Source of the DNA: an uncultured Chloroflexia bacterium
GTDB lineage: Bacteria > Chloroflexota > Limnocylindria > Limnocylindrales > CSP1-4
Assembly (NCBI GenBank): GCA_963749705.1
Contig: CAVVNQ010000008.1
Span: forward strand, 128,001-192,000
Length of the DNA stretch: 64,000 nt
Reading direction: 5' to 3'
Below, one piece after another: positions 26,897 to 37,333 of the stretch; the first letter of the stretch is position 1; every line of letters starts with the position of its first letter. The notes beneath the pieces are model-generated. The model worked only from the letters and a program-made list of their open reading frames with translations, did no database searches and was not told where the DNA came from. The translations under genes and the position numbers were made by a program.

Positions 26897-28300
26897 CTAG
26901 GCCAGCACGCGTCCGGGGTTCAGCAGGTCGCGCGGATCGAGCGCGTGCTTGATCGCGCGCATCACGTCGACCACGGCCTCTCCGCGCTGGCGGACCAGCC
27001 ACTCTCGGCGGGCGGCGCCGATGCCGTGCTCGCCGGTCACCGTGCCGCCCAGGGCGAGCGCCGCCTCGTACAGGTCGTGGCGCGCGGCCTCGAGCCGGGC
27101 GACCGACTGCGCCTCGTCGTCGCGCGACAGGATGAACGTGGGATGCAGGTTTCCGTCGCCCGCGTGCCCGAACGTCCCGACCGGCAGCTCGTGCCGCTCC
27201 GAGATCTCCTCGATCGCACGCAGCATCGCCGGGATCCGGCCGCGCGGCACCCCGACGTCCTCCATGCGGGCGACGCCCAGGTGCTCGAGCGCCCGGAACG
27301 CGAGCCGCCTGCCCTCGCGCAGCCACTCGGCCTCCTGTGGATCGGCCGCCCGGACGACCAGCGTCGCGCCGGCGAGCGTGCACACCGGCTCCGCGGCCTC
27401 GAGCTCGACCCGACCCGCGTCCCCGGGCAGGTCCGACTCGACCAGGAGCATCGCGGCCGCGTCCCGGTCCAGCCCCAGCCGGTGGACATCGTCGACCGCC
27501 CGGATCGTGAACCGGTCCATCAGCTCCAGGGTGACCGGGCCAAGCCCGCTCCGGGTCAGCCCGGCGACCGCGTCGCCCGCGGATTCGAGGGTCGGGAAGA
27601 AGGCGAGCATCGTCGCTCGAGGCGGCGGCGTGGGCCGCAGCCGCAGCGTGGCCTCGGTCATCAGGCCCAGCGTGCCCTGGCTGCCCACGAGCAGCGGGAT
27701 CAGGCCGTAGCCCGCGACATCCTTGACGTTCTTGCCGCCCAGCCGGACGACCGTCGCGTCGGCCATCACGACCTCCAGCCCGAGCACGGCGTCGCGCGTC
27801 ACCCCGTACTTGACGCAGCACAGGCCACCCGCGTTGGTGCCCAGGTTGCCGCCGATCGTGCACGTCTCGTACGACGCGGGATCCGGCGCGTAGAACAGGC
27901 CCTCGGCCGCGACCGCCGCCTTGAGGTCGGCGTTGACGACGCCGGGCTGCGTGGTCACGGTGAGGTTCTCGTGGTCGATCTCGAGCACCCGGCTCATCCG
28001 CGTGAACGCGATGGTGAGCGCGCCCTCGATGCCGGCCGAGCCACCCGACAGCCCGGTCCCGGCGCCGCGGGGCACGATCGGCACGTCATGCTCGGCGCAC
28101 AGTCGCACGAGCTCCACGACCTGGTCGGTGTCCTCGGGCAGGGCGACCGCGAGCGGCATGCCGGCCGGCAGGTATGCGGTCTCGTCGCGCCGATGGGCTT
28201 CACGATCGACCGGGTCGGTCAGCAGCCGCAGCTCGGGCAGGCGTGCACCGATCGACCGCAGCAGCGCGGGTCCGTCACCTCGGGTCTGCGTGGGGGCCAT
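26897..28300 (-). CDS. FAD-linked oxidase, GlcD/D-lactate dehydrogenase family
   Basis: VPRGAGTGLSGG, APDPAS, TIGGNLGTNAGG, GHAGDGNLHP, GEHGIG, LNPG. Confidence 0.92.
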   Translation of the reverse strand: MAPTQTRGDGPALLRSIGARLPELRLLTDPVDREAHRRDETAYLPAGMPLAVALPEDTDQVVELVRLCAEHDVPIVPRGAGTGLSGGSAGIEGALTIAFTRMSRVLEIDHENLTVTTQPGVVNADLKAAVAAEGLFYAPDPASYETCTIGGNLGTNAGGLCCVKYGVTRDAVLGLEVVMADATVVRLGGKNVKDVAGYGLIPLLVGSQGTLGLMTEATLRLRPTPPPRATMLAFFPTLESAGDAVAGLTRSGLGPVTLELMDRFTIRAVDDVHRLGLDRDAAAMLLVESDLPGDAGRVELEAAEPVCTLAGATLVVRAADPQEAEWLREGRRLAFRALEHLGVARMEDVGVPRGRIPAMLRAIEEISERHELPVGTFGHAGDGNLHPTFILSRDDEAQSVARLEAARHDLYEAALALGGTVTGEHGIGAARREWLVRQRGEAVVDVMRAIKHALDPRDLLNPGRVLA

Positions 28301-28365
28301 CGGCAAAGTATCGCGCACCGCCGGAGCGGGCCGGAGCGGACGGGCGCCCGGCGTACGATCCCGAG

Positions 28366-29889
28366 ATGCCGTGGACACGTCAGCGCCGAGCTGCCGCACT
28401 GGCCCTGGCCGGGCTCGCGTTGGTCGCGGCGTCCGCGTACCTGCTCGCAGCGCGGCCCGGCGCCGCGGCGCCGTCGATCAACCCGACGAGCGGTCCGTCT
28501 GCCTCCGCGGGCGTCGCCGATCCGGCGCAGTCGAGCTTGTCCGCGGCGCCGGGAGCCACGGACGGCATGGCGCCGACCATCGGACCGCCAGCCGCGCCGA
28601 CGGCCGCACCGACCGCCACGCCCGAGCCAAGCCCGGCTCCGGCGACTGCGATCGTCCCGGGCCACATCGACCGGTCGAGCATGGACATCCGTGCGACCTA
28701 CTTCGTCGACGTCCGGCTCGCCGTCGCGGCCCGGACCCTCGGCGGCACGGTCACCATCGTGGCGACCAACCGCTCGGGCGACGGCATCGACCGCCTCGAG
28801 CTCAACACGGTGCTGGCGCCGCTGGGCCGGTTGAAGCTGGGCACCGTGACGGTCGACGGATCGAGGGTCACGCCGACCATCGATGACCAGACGCTCATCG
28901 TCCCGCTGGGCGGCGTCCTGCCCGATGGCGCGACCGCGACCCTGGTCATCCCGTTCTCGGCCACGCTCCGGTCCGGGATCGCGGGGTCGGACTGGCTGCT
29001 CACGCGCGCGAACGGCGTCGTCGACCTGTATCGCTGGATCCCATGGATCAGCCGATCGACGCCGTTCAGCCGGCCAAACCACGGGGACCCGTTCGTGACC
29101 CCGGTGAGCCCGCAGGTCAGCGTCCGGCTCCAGACCGATGTGCCGATGGTCGTGGCCACGACCGGGGTCGAGACATCGGCCGGCGACGACGGCCGGTTGC
29201 GGACCTTCAGCGCCGTCAACGTCCGGGACTTCACGCTGGCGGCCGCCGCGGACTATCGAACGTCCAGGGCGCAGGTTGACGGCACGGAGATCCGGGTCCT
29301 TACGCGGCCCGGCGGCCCCGCCGCGGCGATGCTCACGGCCGCGAAGTCGGCGCTGTCCAAGCTCGAGGCGCGGCTCGGGCCCTACCCCTACCCCGTGCTC
29401 GAGGTCGTCCAGTCCGCCGGCGGCTACGGGATGGAGGGGCCGGGCGTGGCGTGGATCCCGACCGGCGTCGCCGCGGCAAACCTGACGTATCTCGTGACCC
29501 ACGAGATCGCGCATCAGTGGTTCTACGGGATCGTGGGCAACGACCAGGCCCGCGACCCGTTCGCCGACGAGGCCGCCGCCGACTTCGCCGCCCGGGACGT
29601 CCTGGGCATGCGGCGGGCATCGCGATGTGCAACCGCCCCGCTCGATCGGAGCATCTACCGCTACCCGAGCGCGTGCTATTACGAGACGATCTACATCCAG
29701 GGCGGCAACCTGCTGGAGGCGGCGCGAACGAAGATGGGCTCGGCAGCGTTCTGGGCGGCCATTCGCGGCTACCTCGCGGACCATCGCTGGGGGCTGGTCG
29801 AGACGCGCACGCTGCTCGATGCGCTGGACGCGGCGACGCCGGTCAACCTCGAGACATGGTGGCGCGGCCGTTTCCCGACGCTCTACTGA
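28366..29889 (+). CDS. Secreted or anchored M1-family (gluzincin) metallopeptidase
   Basis: N-terminal TM/signal, Pro/Thr linker, GGYGMEGP, HEIAHQWF, downstream DEA, YIQGG. Confidence 0.85.
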   Translation: MPWTRQRRAAALALAGLALVAASAYLLAARPGAAAPSINPTSGPSASAGVADPAQSSLSAAPGATDGMAPTIGPPAAPTAAPTATPEPSPAPATAIVPGHIDRSSMDIRATYFVDVRLAVAARTLGGTVTIVATNRSGDGIDRLELNTVLAPLGRLKLGTVTVDGSRVTPTIDDQTLIVPLGGVLPDGATATLVIPFSATLRSGIAGSDWLLTRANGVVDLYRWIPWISRSTPFSRPNHGDPFVTPVSPQVSVRLQTDVPMVVATTGVETSAGDDGRLRTFSAVNVRDFTLAAAADYRTSRAQVDGTEIRVLTRPGGPAAAMLTAAKSALSKLEARLGPYPYPVLEVVQSAGGYGMEGPGVAWIPTGVAAANLTYLVTHEIAHQWFYGIVGNDQARDPFADEAAADFAARDVLGMRRASRCATAPLDRSIYRYPSACYYETIYIQGGNLLEAARTKMGSAAFWAAIRGYLADHRWGLVETRTLLDALDAATPVNLETWWRGRFPTLY

Positions 29890-29918
29890 CGACGGCGCAC
29901 GGAGACGGACGGAGACGG

Positions 29919-30518
29919 ATGGCACCGATGGATCCCGCACCGGCGACCCTCAGGCTCGCGACGCCCGACGATGGGGCGGCGTGTGCCGCGATCTACCGGC
30001 CCTATGTCGAGTCGACGGCCGTGTCGTTCGAGCAGACGCCGCCGGAGGCGGCGGAGATGGGGAGCCGGATCGCGCGCACGATCGAGCGCACTCCCTGGTT
30101 GGTCGCCGACGTCGAGGGCACGGTCCGCGCCTACGCCTATGCGTCACGCCACCGCGAGCGGGCCGCGTACGACTGGACGGCCGAGACCACCGTCTACGTC
30201 GACGAGGCATTCACCGGGCGGGGGCTCGGGCGGGCGTCGATGACCGCGCTGCTCGCGATCCTCCGCGTCCAGGGCTTCCACCTCGCGGTGGCTGGCGTCA
30301 CGCTGCCCAACCCGGGCTCCGTGGCGCTGCACCGGTCGCTCGGCTTCACGCGGATCGGCGAGTTCGAGGCGATCGGCTACAAGCAGGGGCGGTGGCACGG
30401 GGTCGAGTGGTACGGGCTGGAGCTCGGCCCCCGGGATCCGGGCCCGCTGCCGATCCGGCCGATCTCGTCGCTGGCCGGAACACCTGAGCTGGAACGAGCG
30501 CTGGGCGTGGCGACCTAG
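29919..30518 (+). CDS. GNAT N-acetyltransferase (phosphinothricin acetyltransferase-like)
   Basis: AIYRPYV..TAVSFE, RERAAYDWT, GRGLG, LPNPGSVALH..LGF. Confidence 0.9.
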   Translation: MAPMDPAPATLRLATPDDGAACAAIYRPYVESTAVSFEQTPPEAAEMGSRIARTIERTPWLVADVEGTVRAYAYASRHRERAAYDWTAETTVYVDEAFTGRGLGRASMTALLAILRVQGFHLAVAGVTLPNPGSVALHRSLGFTRIGEFEAIGYKQGRWHGVEWYGLELGPRDPGPLPIRPISSLAGTPELERALGVAT

Positions 30519-30558
30519 CGGCGATCGCGCCGCGCGGCGATCGCGCCGCGCGGCGATC
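30518..30558. repeat. 2.5 tandem copies of a self-complementary 16-mer between convergent genes (possible terminator)
   Basis: GCGGCGATCGCGCCGC at 30518 and 30534, partial copy at 30550. Confidence 0.7.
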
Positions 30559-30582
30559 CGGTCGCGCTGGATCGCGCGGTGC

Positions 30583-31553
30583 CTAGGTCCGCGGCCGGGC
30601 TTCCGCAGCCAGCGCCTGCGGGAACCAGCGCCAGCTCGGCGGGAGGAGCGGGCGCCATGCGCCCCAGGCCGAGACCAGGTACCGCTCGATCACCCGCTCC
30701 CGGATCCCCCACGCCAGCCCGTACTCGGCGCGTGTCGAGGCCGGCAGGAGGCCGATGGACGGCACGAGGAGCCAGTCGATGGCACCTGCCGGGATGCGAC
30801 GCAGCAGGCTCGCGACCGCCGGCGACAGGCCGCCCAGCCGGTCAGCGATCGGGCCATGCTCGGCGAGCGGCGCGAGGTCCGGGTGCAGGATCACCGCCGC
30901 CAGCTCGCGCGCGGTCGCAGAAGGATGCACCGGCCCATCGGCGGCCAGCATCGCGGCCATGTAGGCGTCGAACGCGTCGATGTCGGCGGAAGCCGATCAG
31001 CCGGAACCCCGAACAATCGGCCGATGGGGATCGTCTCGGCATAGAAGCGGGCGCGGCGGTCCGCGGACAGCGGCTCCAGCCACGCGTCCACCGTGGCGAG
31101 CGTCGAATCGACGAGCGTCGCGTGGACCCACAGCGACAGGTCCGCGTCGCGGGCCCGGTACGTCGCCCCGAACCTCGCGGCGGACGCCGCGTCGCGGACC
31201 GGCCCGGTGACCGCGCCGTGGAGCATGTTGAGGCGGCGGATCTCCGCGCGCGCCGCGGGACCCGTCCCATACACGATGCGCAGGTAGCTGCGCAGCGTGC
31301 CGGACAGCCGCGCCCACGGGTCCGAGCGGAAGTCCGAGTGCTGGTCCACGCCCTCCGCCACCAGCGGGTGGGCGATCTGGAGCAGCAGCGCGCGCGGCCC
31401 GGCGCCGAGCAGCAGCGACGCCTCTCGATTGAGCCGCCACGCCTCGGAGGAGGGGCCGTACAGCCCGGCGACGCCATCCGCGGCGCGGTCCGTGGTGCGC
31501 GCGGCGGGACCCGGGGGCGCGGAGTCGGCCGGGTGCCCCGGAGCGGGCGTCAG
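30583..31553 (-). CDS. Oxygenase MpaB/DUF2236 family protein; frameshift ~30985, start uncertain
   Basis: GLYGPSSEAWRLNRE, RALLLQIAHPLVAEGV, YRARD..LWVHATL; continues as DAFDAYMAAML...GLLP...YGL in another frame. Confidence 0.8.
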
Positions 31554-32194
31554 CGCTCGCTGGGTCGGCGCCCGACGACCCACCAGGCCACCGGGAACAC
31601 CGCCGCCGCGGCCAGCAGCTTGATCGTGTCGAACACGACGAACGGCTGGAGCCCCTTGGCGATCGCATCGGCCGGGCTCAGGTGCGCGACCTGGGCCAGC
31701 CACGGGACGCCGATCGCGTAGATCACGAGCGTGCCCAGCAGCGTCGCACCGACCGCGCCGCCGATCCGCCGGTCCCAGCCGAGCTCGGCGAGCCGCCCGA
31801 CCAGCGCCGCGGCGACGATGAAGCCGACGAGGTATCCGCCATTGGTGCCGAGGATGATGTCCAGGCCGCCCCTGCCCTCCGCGAAGAACGGCAGCCCGAC
31901 CGCACCCAGCGCGACGTACAGCAGGCCGGCGAGCCCGCCCCGGCGCATGCCCAGCCCGCCGCCCACCACGAGCACCCCGAAGTTCTGGAGCGTGAACGGC
32001 ACCGGGCTGTCGGGGATGGGGATCGAGACGCGCGAGGTCAGGTAGATCAGGAGCGCTCCCGCGACGATGAACACGACGTTGCGCAGCACCGGGGAGACAC
32101 GTTCGCCGATGCGAACCGGCACGAGGTAGTCGGCGATGGTGACGCCCCGCTCGGTCACGGGCACCCGGTTCAGCGACGGGATGGCGAGCGACAT
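31550..32194 (-). CDS. bioY: Biotin transporter BioY
   Basis: PVPFTLQ, GLPFFA, GGYLVGF, IYAIGVPWL. Confidence 0.92.
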   Translation of the reverse strand: MSLAIPSLNRVPVTERGVTIADYLVPVRIGERVSPVLRNVVFIVAGALLIYLTSRVSIPIPDSPVPFTLQNFGVLVVGGGLGMRRGGLAGLLYVALGAVGLPFFAEGRGGLDIILGTNGGYLVGFIVAAALVGRLAELGWDRRIGGAVGATLLGTLVIYAIGVPWLAQVAHLSPADAIAKGLQPFVVFDTIKLLAAAAVFPVAWWVVGRRPSER

Positions 32195-32332
32195 GGTCTT
32201 CCTCAGATGCCGCGATCGATCGATGCGGCGTGTCGGGGAGTCTACCAATCGCCCGCTCCGGCCACCAGAGCCGGAGGGACTCGCGGCCGCGTCACACGTG
32301 GGCGGCGGGCGGCCACTCGGCGCGGCGGGCGG

Positions 32333-34888
32333 CTACTCGGCGCGGATCGAGCGCACGATGCCGCGCGAGCCCGCGATCCGGGCCGGCTGGGCGGCCGCGA
32401 TCATCGAGAGCACGACGCCCAGCACCAGGGCAAGCCCGATCGTCGCCCACGGCACCCCGATCACGCCGTGCTGCGAGCTGCCGTCGGTCACGATCAGCAG
32501 GGCGCCGATGCCCAGGCCGGTGACCGATCCCACGACGCCACCGATGGCGCCCAGGATCCCCGCCTCGACCAGCACGCTTCGCCACACCTGGCGCCGGCTC
32601 ATTCCCGCGGCCCGCAGCATCGCGAGCTCGCGGACACGTTCCCAGGTATCCATCGACAGCGTGTTGACGATCCCGAGAGCCGCGATCGCCACCGCCGCCA
32701 GGGCCAGCACGTCGAGCAGGCCGATGACTCGGTCCAGCGCGTCGCCCAGCGCGCCCTCGACCTGGGAGATGGGTGCGGTCGTCATCGCCAGCTCCCGGGC
32801 GAGCGCGTCGACGGCGGGACCGGCCGAATCCGCCCTGCCGGGCTCGAACCGGATCGCGATCGCGTCCGCTCCCTGGACCCCGAACCGGTTCAGCGCATCG
32901 GGCCAGCCGACCAGCGCGGCCTCGCCGGTGCGACCCGGGAACGAGCGCTCGACGATCCCCGCGACGTCCAGCTCGACCAGGCCGTTCACGGTGGACACGG
33001 CGATCACGTCACCGAGGCCGACGCCGAGCTCGGCCGCGCGGGCCTGGGACAGGAGGACCGCACCACCGGCATCGAGCGCCGCGAATGCCGCCGCCCGATC
33101 ACCCGCGACGAACGTCAGGCGCCCATCGGCCGCGAAATCGGCGCCGCGGATGGCGACCGCCTCGAGGCGGGTGCCCCGGAACGCGAGGTCGAAGGTCGCG
33201 ATCGGCGTTGCCTGTGCGACCCCGTCGATCGCCGCGAAGTCCCGGTCGACACCGTCCGCGCCGACCGGCGCCGGGGCGATGGCGGTCACGATCTCGTCGC
33301 CCGGGACCACGTCCGAGAGCCACGCGCTCGCCGCGGTGCGGGCGTTGACGTTGACCATCCCCAGCGCGACGACCATGGTCAGCCCGACGACCAGCGCGCC
33401 GACCGTGAGCGCGGTCCGTCCCGGGTCGCGGGCGATCGCCGCCCGCGCGAGGCGCTCCTCGAGTCGCAGGAACAGGCCGAACGGCAATCCCGCGAGGCGG
33501 CCGAGCGGACGGATCAGGGCGGGGGTGAGCAGGGCGACCCCGAGCAGAATGGCGTACACGGCGGCCGCCCGGGCCATGCCGGTGGCTGACGTGGAAGCGC
33601 CCGGCAGCACCACGACCGACAGCACGCCCACCACGAGGATGACCGCGACCAGCCAGCCCACGTGGGCCCGGACCGCGGCAGTCGGGTCGGCCCGCGCGCG
33701 CAGCGCCATCACCGGGCTGATCCCGGCGGCACGGCGGGCGGGTTCGAGCGAGGCCACGATGGTCACGACGAGGCCCCCGGCAAGCCCGGCCGCGATCACG
33801 CCCGGCGTGACCACGGGTCCGTCGATCAGGACGCTCCCGGATGCCGCGAGACCGGCGGCGACGAGCGCCCCGAGGAGGACGCCAAGGCCGATCCCGAGGA
33901 CCGACCCGGCAATGCCCAGCAGGATCGCCTGGCCAAGGATGATCCGGATCACCTGGGCACGGCCCGCACCCGCCGCGCGGAGCAGGCCGAGCTCCCGGAT
34001 CCGCTCGACGACCGTCATCGCCAGCGTGTTCAGGATCAGGAATGCCGCCGCGAACAGCGTGATCGCGGCGATCAGCGCCATGGTCGACCGGATGTCCGCG
34101 GTGGACGCGCGGAGCGACACGGCGATGTCGCGCGGGACCGAGAGGACGTAGGGATCGGCGCTGATCGCACGTTCGATGCCCGTGGCGACGGCGTCCACGT
34201 CGGCACCGGCGGCGATGACGACGTCGATCCGGGTCAGGCCCGACATCGTGCCTCGATCGGTCGACGCGGCGTCGTCGGGCATGTTGAGCCGCGCCGCCGT
34301 GCCGATCGGCAGCACCACCGTCCGGCCCGAGGAGCCGAGCGCCGGACCGTCGCCCGCGATGATCCCGACCACGCGGACCGAGACGGGCTCTCCGGAGCCG
34401 AACAGGGTGATCTGGGCTCCGACGTCGAGGCCCTCTGTGGCCGCCAGACGTTCGGTCACCAGGGCCACGGGCTCGTTGACGTCGCGGAGCGGTGCGCCAC
34501 GGACAAGGGGCAGGTCGCGGACCCGTGGCTCGCGCGCCGGCTGGATCCCCAGCACCGCCACCGGCTCCGATTCGATCGGCTGGCCGGGCTCGGGGACGAG
34601 GAACGTCCGGCGCTCGATCGCCGGGGCGGTCAGCGCCACGCCCGGCACGCCGTCGATCGCCGACAGCGTCGCGCCCGACAGGCCGGCCTCGGTGAACGCG
34701 CTCACCCGGAGATCCGCGCGGCCCACGAGCGAGGTGACGGTCCGGTCGATCGAGGCGTCGAGCCCCGCGTTGACGGCGAGCGCGGCGACGAGCACGCCGA
34801 CGCCGATCGCGATCCCGAACACGGTGAGCAGGGATCGGGCGGGCCTCGCGACGAGGCTGCGCCAGGCGTATGGACCGAGACCGCGCAT
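32333..34888 (-). CDS. FtsX/MacB-like ABC permease (duplicated, eight-TM type)
   Basis: RSLLTVFGIAIGV, ERIRELGLLRAAGA, ERVRELAMLRAAGM; two extracytoplasmic domains. Confidence 0.9.
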   Translation of the reverse strand: MRGLGPYAWRSLVARPARSLLTVFGIAIGVGVLVAALAVNAGLDASIDRTVTSLVGRADLRVSAFTEAGLSGATLSAIDGVPGVALTAPAIERRTFLVPEPGQPIESEPVAVLGIQPAREPRVRDLPLVRGAPLRDVNEPVALVTERLAATEGLDVGAQITLFGSGEPVSVRVVGIIAGDGPALGSSGRTVVLPIGTAARLNMPDDAASTDRGTMSGLTRIDVVIAAGADVDAVATGIERAISADPYVLSVPRDIAVSLRASTADIRSTMALIAAITLFAAAFLILNTLAMTVVERIRELGLLRAAGAGRAQVIRIILGQAILLGIAGSVLGIGLGVLLGALVAAGLAASGSVLIDGPVVTPGVIAAGLAGGLVVTIVASLEPARRAAGISPVMALRARADPTAAVRAHVGWLVAVILVVGVLSVVVLPGASTSATGMARAAAVYAILLGVALLTPALIRPLGRLAGLPFGLFLRLEERLARAAIARDPGRTALTVGALVVGLTMVVALGMVNVNARTAASAWLSDVVPGDEIVTAIAPAPVGADGVDRDFAAIDGVAQATPIATFDLAFRGTRLEAVAIRGADFAADGRLTFVAGDRAAAFAALDAGGAVLLSQARAAELGVGLGDVIAVSTVNGLVELDVAGIVERSFPGRTGEAALVGWPDALNRFGVQGADAIAIRFEPGRADSAGPAVDALARELAMTTAPISQVEGALGDALDRVIGLLDVLALAAVAIAALGIVNTLSMDTWERVRELAMLRAAGMSRRQVWRSVLVEAGILGAIGGVVGSVTGLGIGALLIVTDGSSQHGVIGVPWATIGLALVLGVVLSMIAAAQPARIAGSRGIVRSIRAE

Positions 34889-34896
34889 GACGAGGG

Positions 34897-35721
34897 CTAC
34901 AGCCCGAGCTGGGCGAGCCGCGAGATCAACGGAGCGGCGGCATGGTCGTCGCGGCGGCCGAGCACGATCTCCTCGCGGATCTGGCCGTCGCGGATGACGA
35001 GCACCCGGTCTGCGTACGCGGCGGCCTTCGCGTCATGCGTGACCAGCACGATGGTCTGGCCGCGGTCGACGCACGTGCGCCACAGCGCCTCGAGGATCTC
35101 GAGCCCGGTCGTGAAGTCAAGGTTGCCGGTCGGCTCGTCGGCGAACAGGAGGGCGGGACCGGTCACGATGGCCCGCGCAACGGCCACGCGCTGCTGCTCG
35201 CCCGCGGACAGCTCGTCCGGCCGATGGCGCTCCTTGCCCGTCAGGTCCACCAGCTCGATCGCGTCGCGCACCCGCGCGGCCAGCGCACTCGACCGCGGAT
35301 CCTGGCCGGCGATCGTGAACGGCAGCCCCACGTTCTCGAGCACGTTGAGCAGCGGGATCAGGTTGAACGACTGGAACACGAACCCGGTCCGTTCGCGGCG
35401 CAACCGGGTCGCTCCCTCGTCGGACAGCCGGCTGATCGTCTCGCCTTCGATCAGGACCTCGCCGCTGGACGGCCGGTCGAGGCCGCCGAGCAGCTGGAGC
35501 AGGGTGCTCTTGCCGGAGCCCGACGGTCCCATCAAGGCCACGAACTCCCCCGGGGCGACGGACAGGCTGACCCCCCGCACCGCGTCCACCATCTCGCCTG
35601 GCATGCGGAACTGCCGGGTCAGCGCCCGGGCCTCGAGGATGGGGCGGACCGCCGCCGGGGTCGGGGACGGCTGCCCGGACGGGCCGGCGAGGCCGGGGTT
35701 GGGTAGCGATTGCGCGGTCAT
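34897..35721 (-). CDS. ABC transporter ATP-binding protein (LolD/MacB type)
   Basis: GPSGSGKST, LSAGEQQRVA, ADEPTGNLD, VTHD. Confidence 0.93.
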   Translation of the reverse strand: MTAQSLPNPGLAGPSGQPSPTPAAVRPILEARALTRQFRMPGEMVDAVRGVSLSVAPGEFVALMGPSGSGKSTLLQLLGGLDRPSSGEVLIEGETISRLSDEGATRLRRERTGFVFQSFNLIPLLNVLENVGLPFTIAGQDPRSSALAARVRDAIELVDLTGKERHRPDELSAGEQQRVAVARAIVTGPALLFADEPTGNLDFTTGLEILEALWRTCVDRGQTIVLVTHDAKAAAYADRVLVIRDGQIREEIVLGRRDDHAAAPLISRLAQLGL

Positions 35722-35895
35722 CTCGGGTTGACGGCTCCTGCGGGGCGGCAAGGGACGGTTGCCACCATAGCGGTGCGGTCCGGTGTGGTCACCCGCCCGA
35801 TGGTCCCGGTGCGGGGGCGGACCGGTCGCATGCGGAGAGCGACGGCGGATCGGGACGTTGGTGCTCCGGGTCCTCGGGGCGTCGGCGCGGTGGCG

Positions 35896-36867
35896 TCAGC
35901 TCCCGAAGTAGCGCGAGGCGACCGTGCCGAGGATCGTCTCCGCGAGACCCAGCGACGACGGCTGATCGACGACGCGCAGCCGCAGCGACGAGGCGTCGGC
36001 CGGGAGGGGCTCACCGGGCGGCTCGGTGGCTGCCGCCAGCGTCGGTGCCGGCGAGCCCGATGGGGTGACGGGCAATGCGAACGTGGGGGCGTCCGTCGGG
36101 GCGTCCGTCGGCGCCTGGGTGGGTGGCTGGATCAGGATCGGCGCGTCCGTCGGCCTCAGCGTCGGCCGGGGCGTGGGCTTCGGCGTGGGCCGCGGCGTCG
36201 GCTTGGGCGTGGGTTTGGGGGTCGGCTTCGGGGTTGGCTTAGGGGTCGGCTTGGGCGTGGGTTTGGGGGTCGGCTTCGGGGTAGCGGCGCTCACCGTGCC
36301 GCACTTGTCGGCGAAGATGACCGTCCACATGTACGTGCCGTCCGGCCCCTGGTAGGCACCGACCCCGACGGCATCCCAGGACTTGCCCAGGATGTTGGCG
36401 CGGTGCCCCGAGGACTTCATGAACTGGTTGAAGATCCAGGTCGTGACCTGGTCCTCCGTGGCGCCGGGCCACGGCGGCATGGTCCCGATGTTCTCGCCGG
36501 CGCTCTTGTAGCAATAGCTGTACTTGTTCGTCATGTAGTAGAAGACGTTGTTGCTCGTGCCCTTGATCGTGTGCGAGAAGTAGTCCCGGTCGATCATGTC
36601 CTTGCTCCGCCAGCGTGCGATCGTGCGCAGCGCGGTGTCGAGCTTGAGCGCCTTGAGACCGGCCGAGGCGCGCGCCTGGTTCTGGAGCGTGATCAGCCGC
36701 GATTCCGACGTGGAGCTGTAGCTCCCGGCACTCCATGCCAGCGTCGGCGCCGGGACGGCCAGCAGGCCGACGGCGGTGATGCCGAACACGAGCGCAATGA
36801 GCGCTGCGAACCGGCGGCCATCGACCAGCGATGACCGGAATCCGGTGCGAGGGTGAGTTGTGTTCAT
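35896..36867 (-). CDS. Secreted CAP/SCP-domain protein with a Pro-Lys-Thr repeat tail
   Basis: Signal peptide, NQARA, M...[19 protein letters not shown], then TPKP repeats. Confidence 0.88.
   Translation of the reverse strand: MNTTHPRTGFRSSLVDGRRFAALIALVFGITAVGLLAVPAPTLAWSAGSYSSTSESRLITLQNQARASAGLKALKLDTALRTIARWRSKDMIDRDYFSHTIKGTSNNVFYYMTNKYSYCYKSAGENIGTMPPWPGATEDQVTTWIFNQFMKSSGHRANILGKSWDAVGVGAYQGPDGTYMWTVIFADKCGTVSAATPKPTPKPTPKPTPKPTPKPTPKPTPKPTPRPTPKPTPRPTLRPTDAPILIQPPTQAPTDAPTDAPTFALPVTPSGSPAPTLAAATEPPGEPLPADASSLRLRVVDQPSSLGLAETILGTVASRYFGS
36163..36283 (-). repeat. 12-bp coding tandem repeat (TPKP/TPRP about ten times)
   Basis: Units such as ACCCCGAAGCCG and ACGCCCAAGCCG within the CAP gene. 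Confidence 0.85.
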
Positions 36868-37149
36868 GATCCGGTGGGACTCTCTCGATGGGCACCGGCG
36901 GGGACCGGCTCGTATCCACCATGACGGCACCGCCCGGCCGGGCCCCCGGCTCGATGGTCCCGACCGCACCATCCCCCGGTACCGGTTTCCCGCCCCAACC
37001 GCACCGCACCCGTCCGGACCGTCGCGCCGGGCGAACCTGCAGCTCATCGCGAGCTGTGGCGTTCGCTGGCGCCCCTGCCCGCCGCGCATCGGGAATCCGG
37101 TAGACTCAGCGACCGCGGCCGGGCCTGGCGCCTCGTCCGCTCGCGCCAC

Positions 37150-37226
37150 GGTGGCCTTAGCTCAATGGGCAGAGCATCGGATTGTGGCTCCGAAGGTTAC
37201 GGGTTCGAGACCCGTAGGCCACCCCA
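37150..37226 (+). tRNA. tRNA-His (GTG) with encoded G-1 and CCA
   Basis: Acceptor GGTGGCCT/AGGCCACC plus CCA; D-arm TAGCTCAATGGGCAGAGC; anticodon loop TTGTGGC; T-loop GGTTCGAGACC. Confidence 0.96.
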
Positions 37227-37333
37227 GTTCCTGAACGTGAAACGCCGCGCTTCGTGCCGCCAAGGGTCGTCTCCGTCCGCGCCGGCTCGGCCCAGCCTTC
37301 TTGGCCTCTTGAGCCCGGCGCGAGAATGGCCCT

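Noticed and set aside
32195-32332. Riboswitch or biotin operator upstream of bioY
   Set aside because: Only a short GC hairpin and a TAGACT -10; no recognisable aptamer or BirA-type site.
36163-36283. TPKP repeat as a novel element
   Set aside because: An ordinary Pro-rich linker of secreted proteins, with synonymous variation between units.
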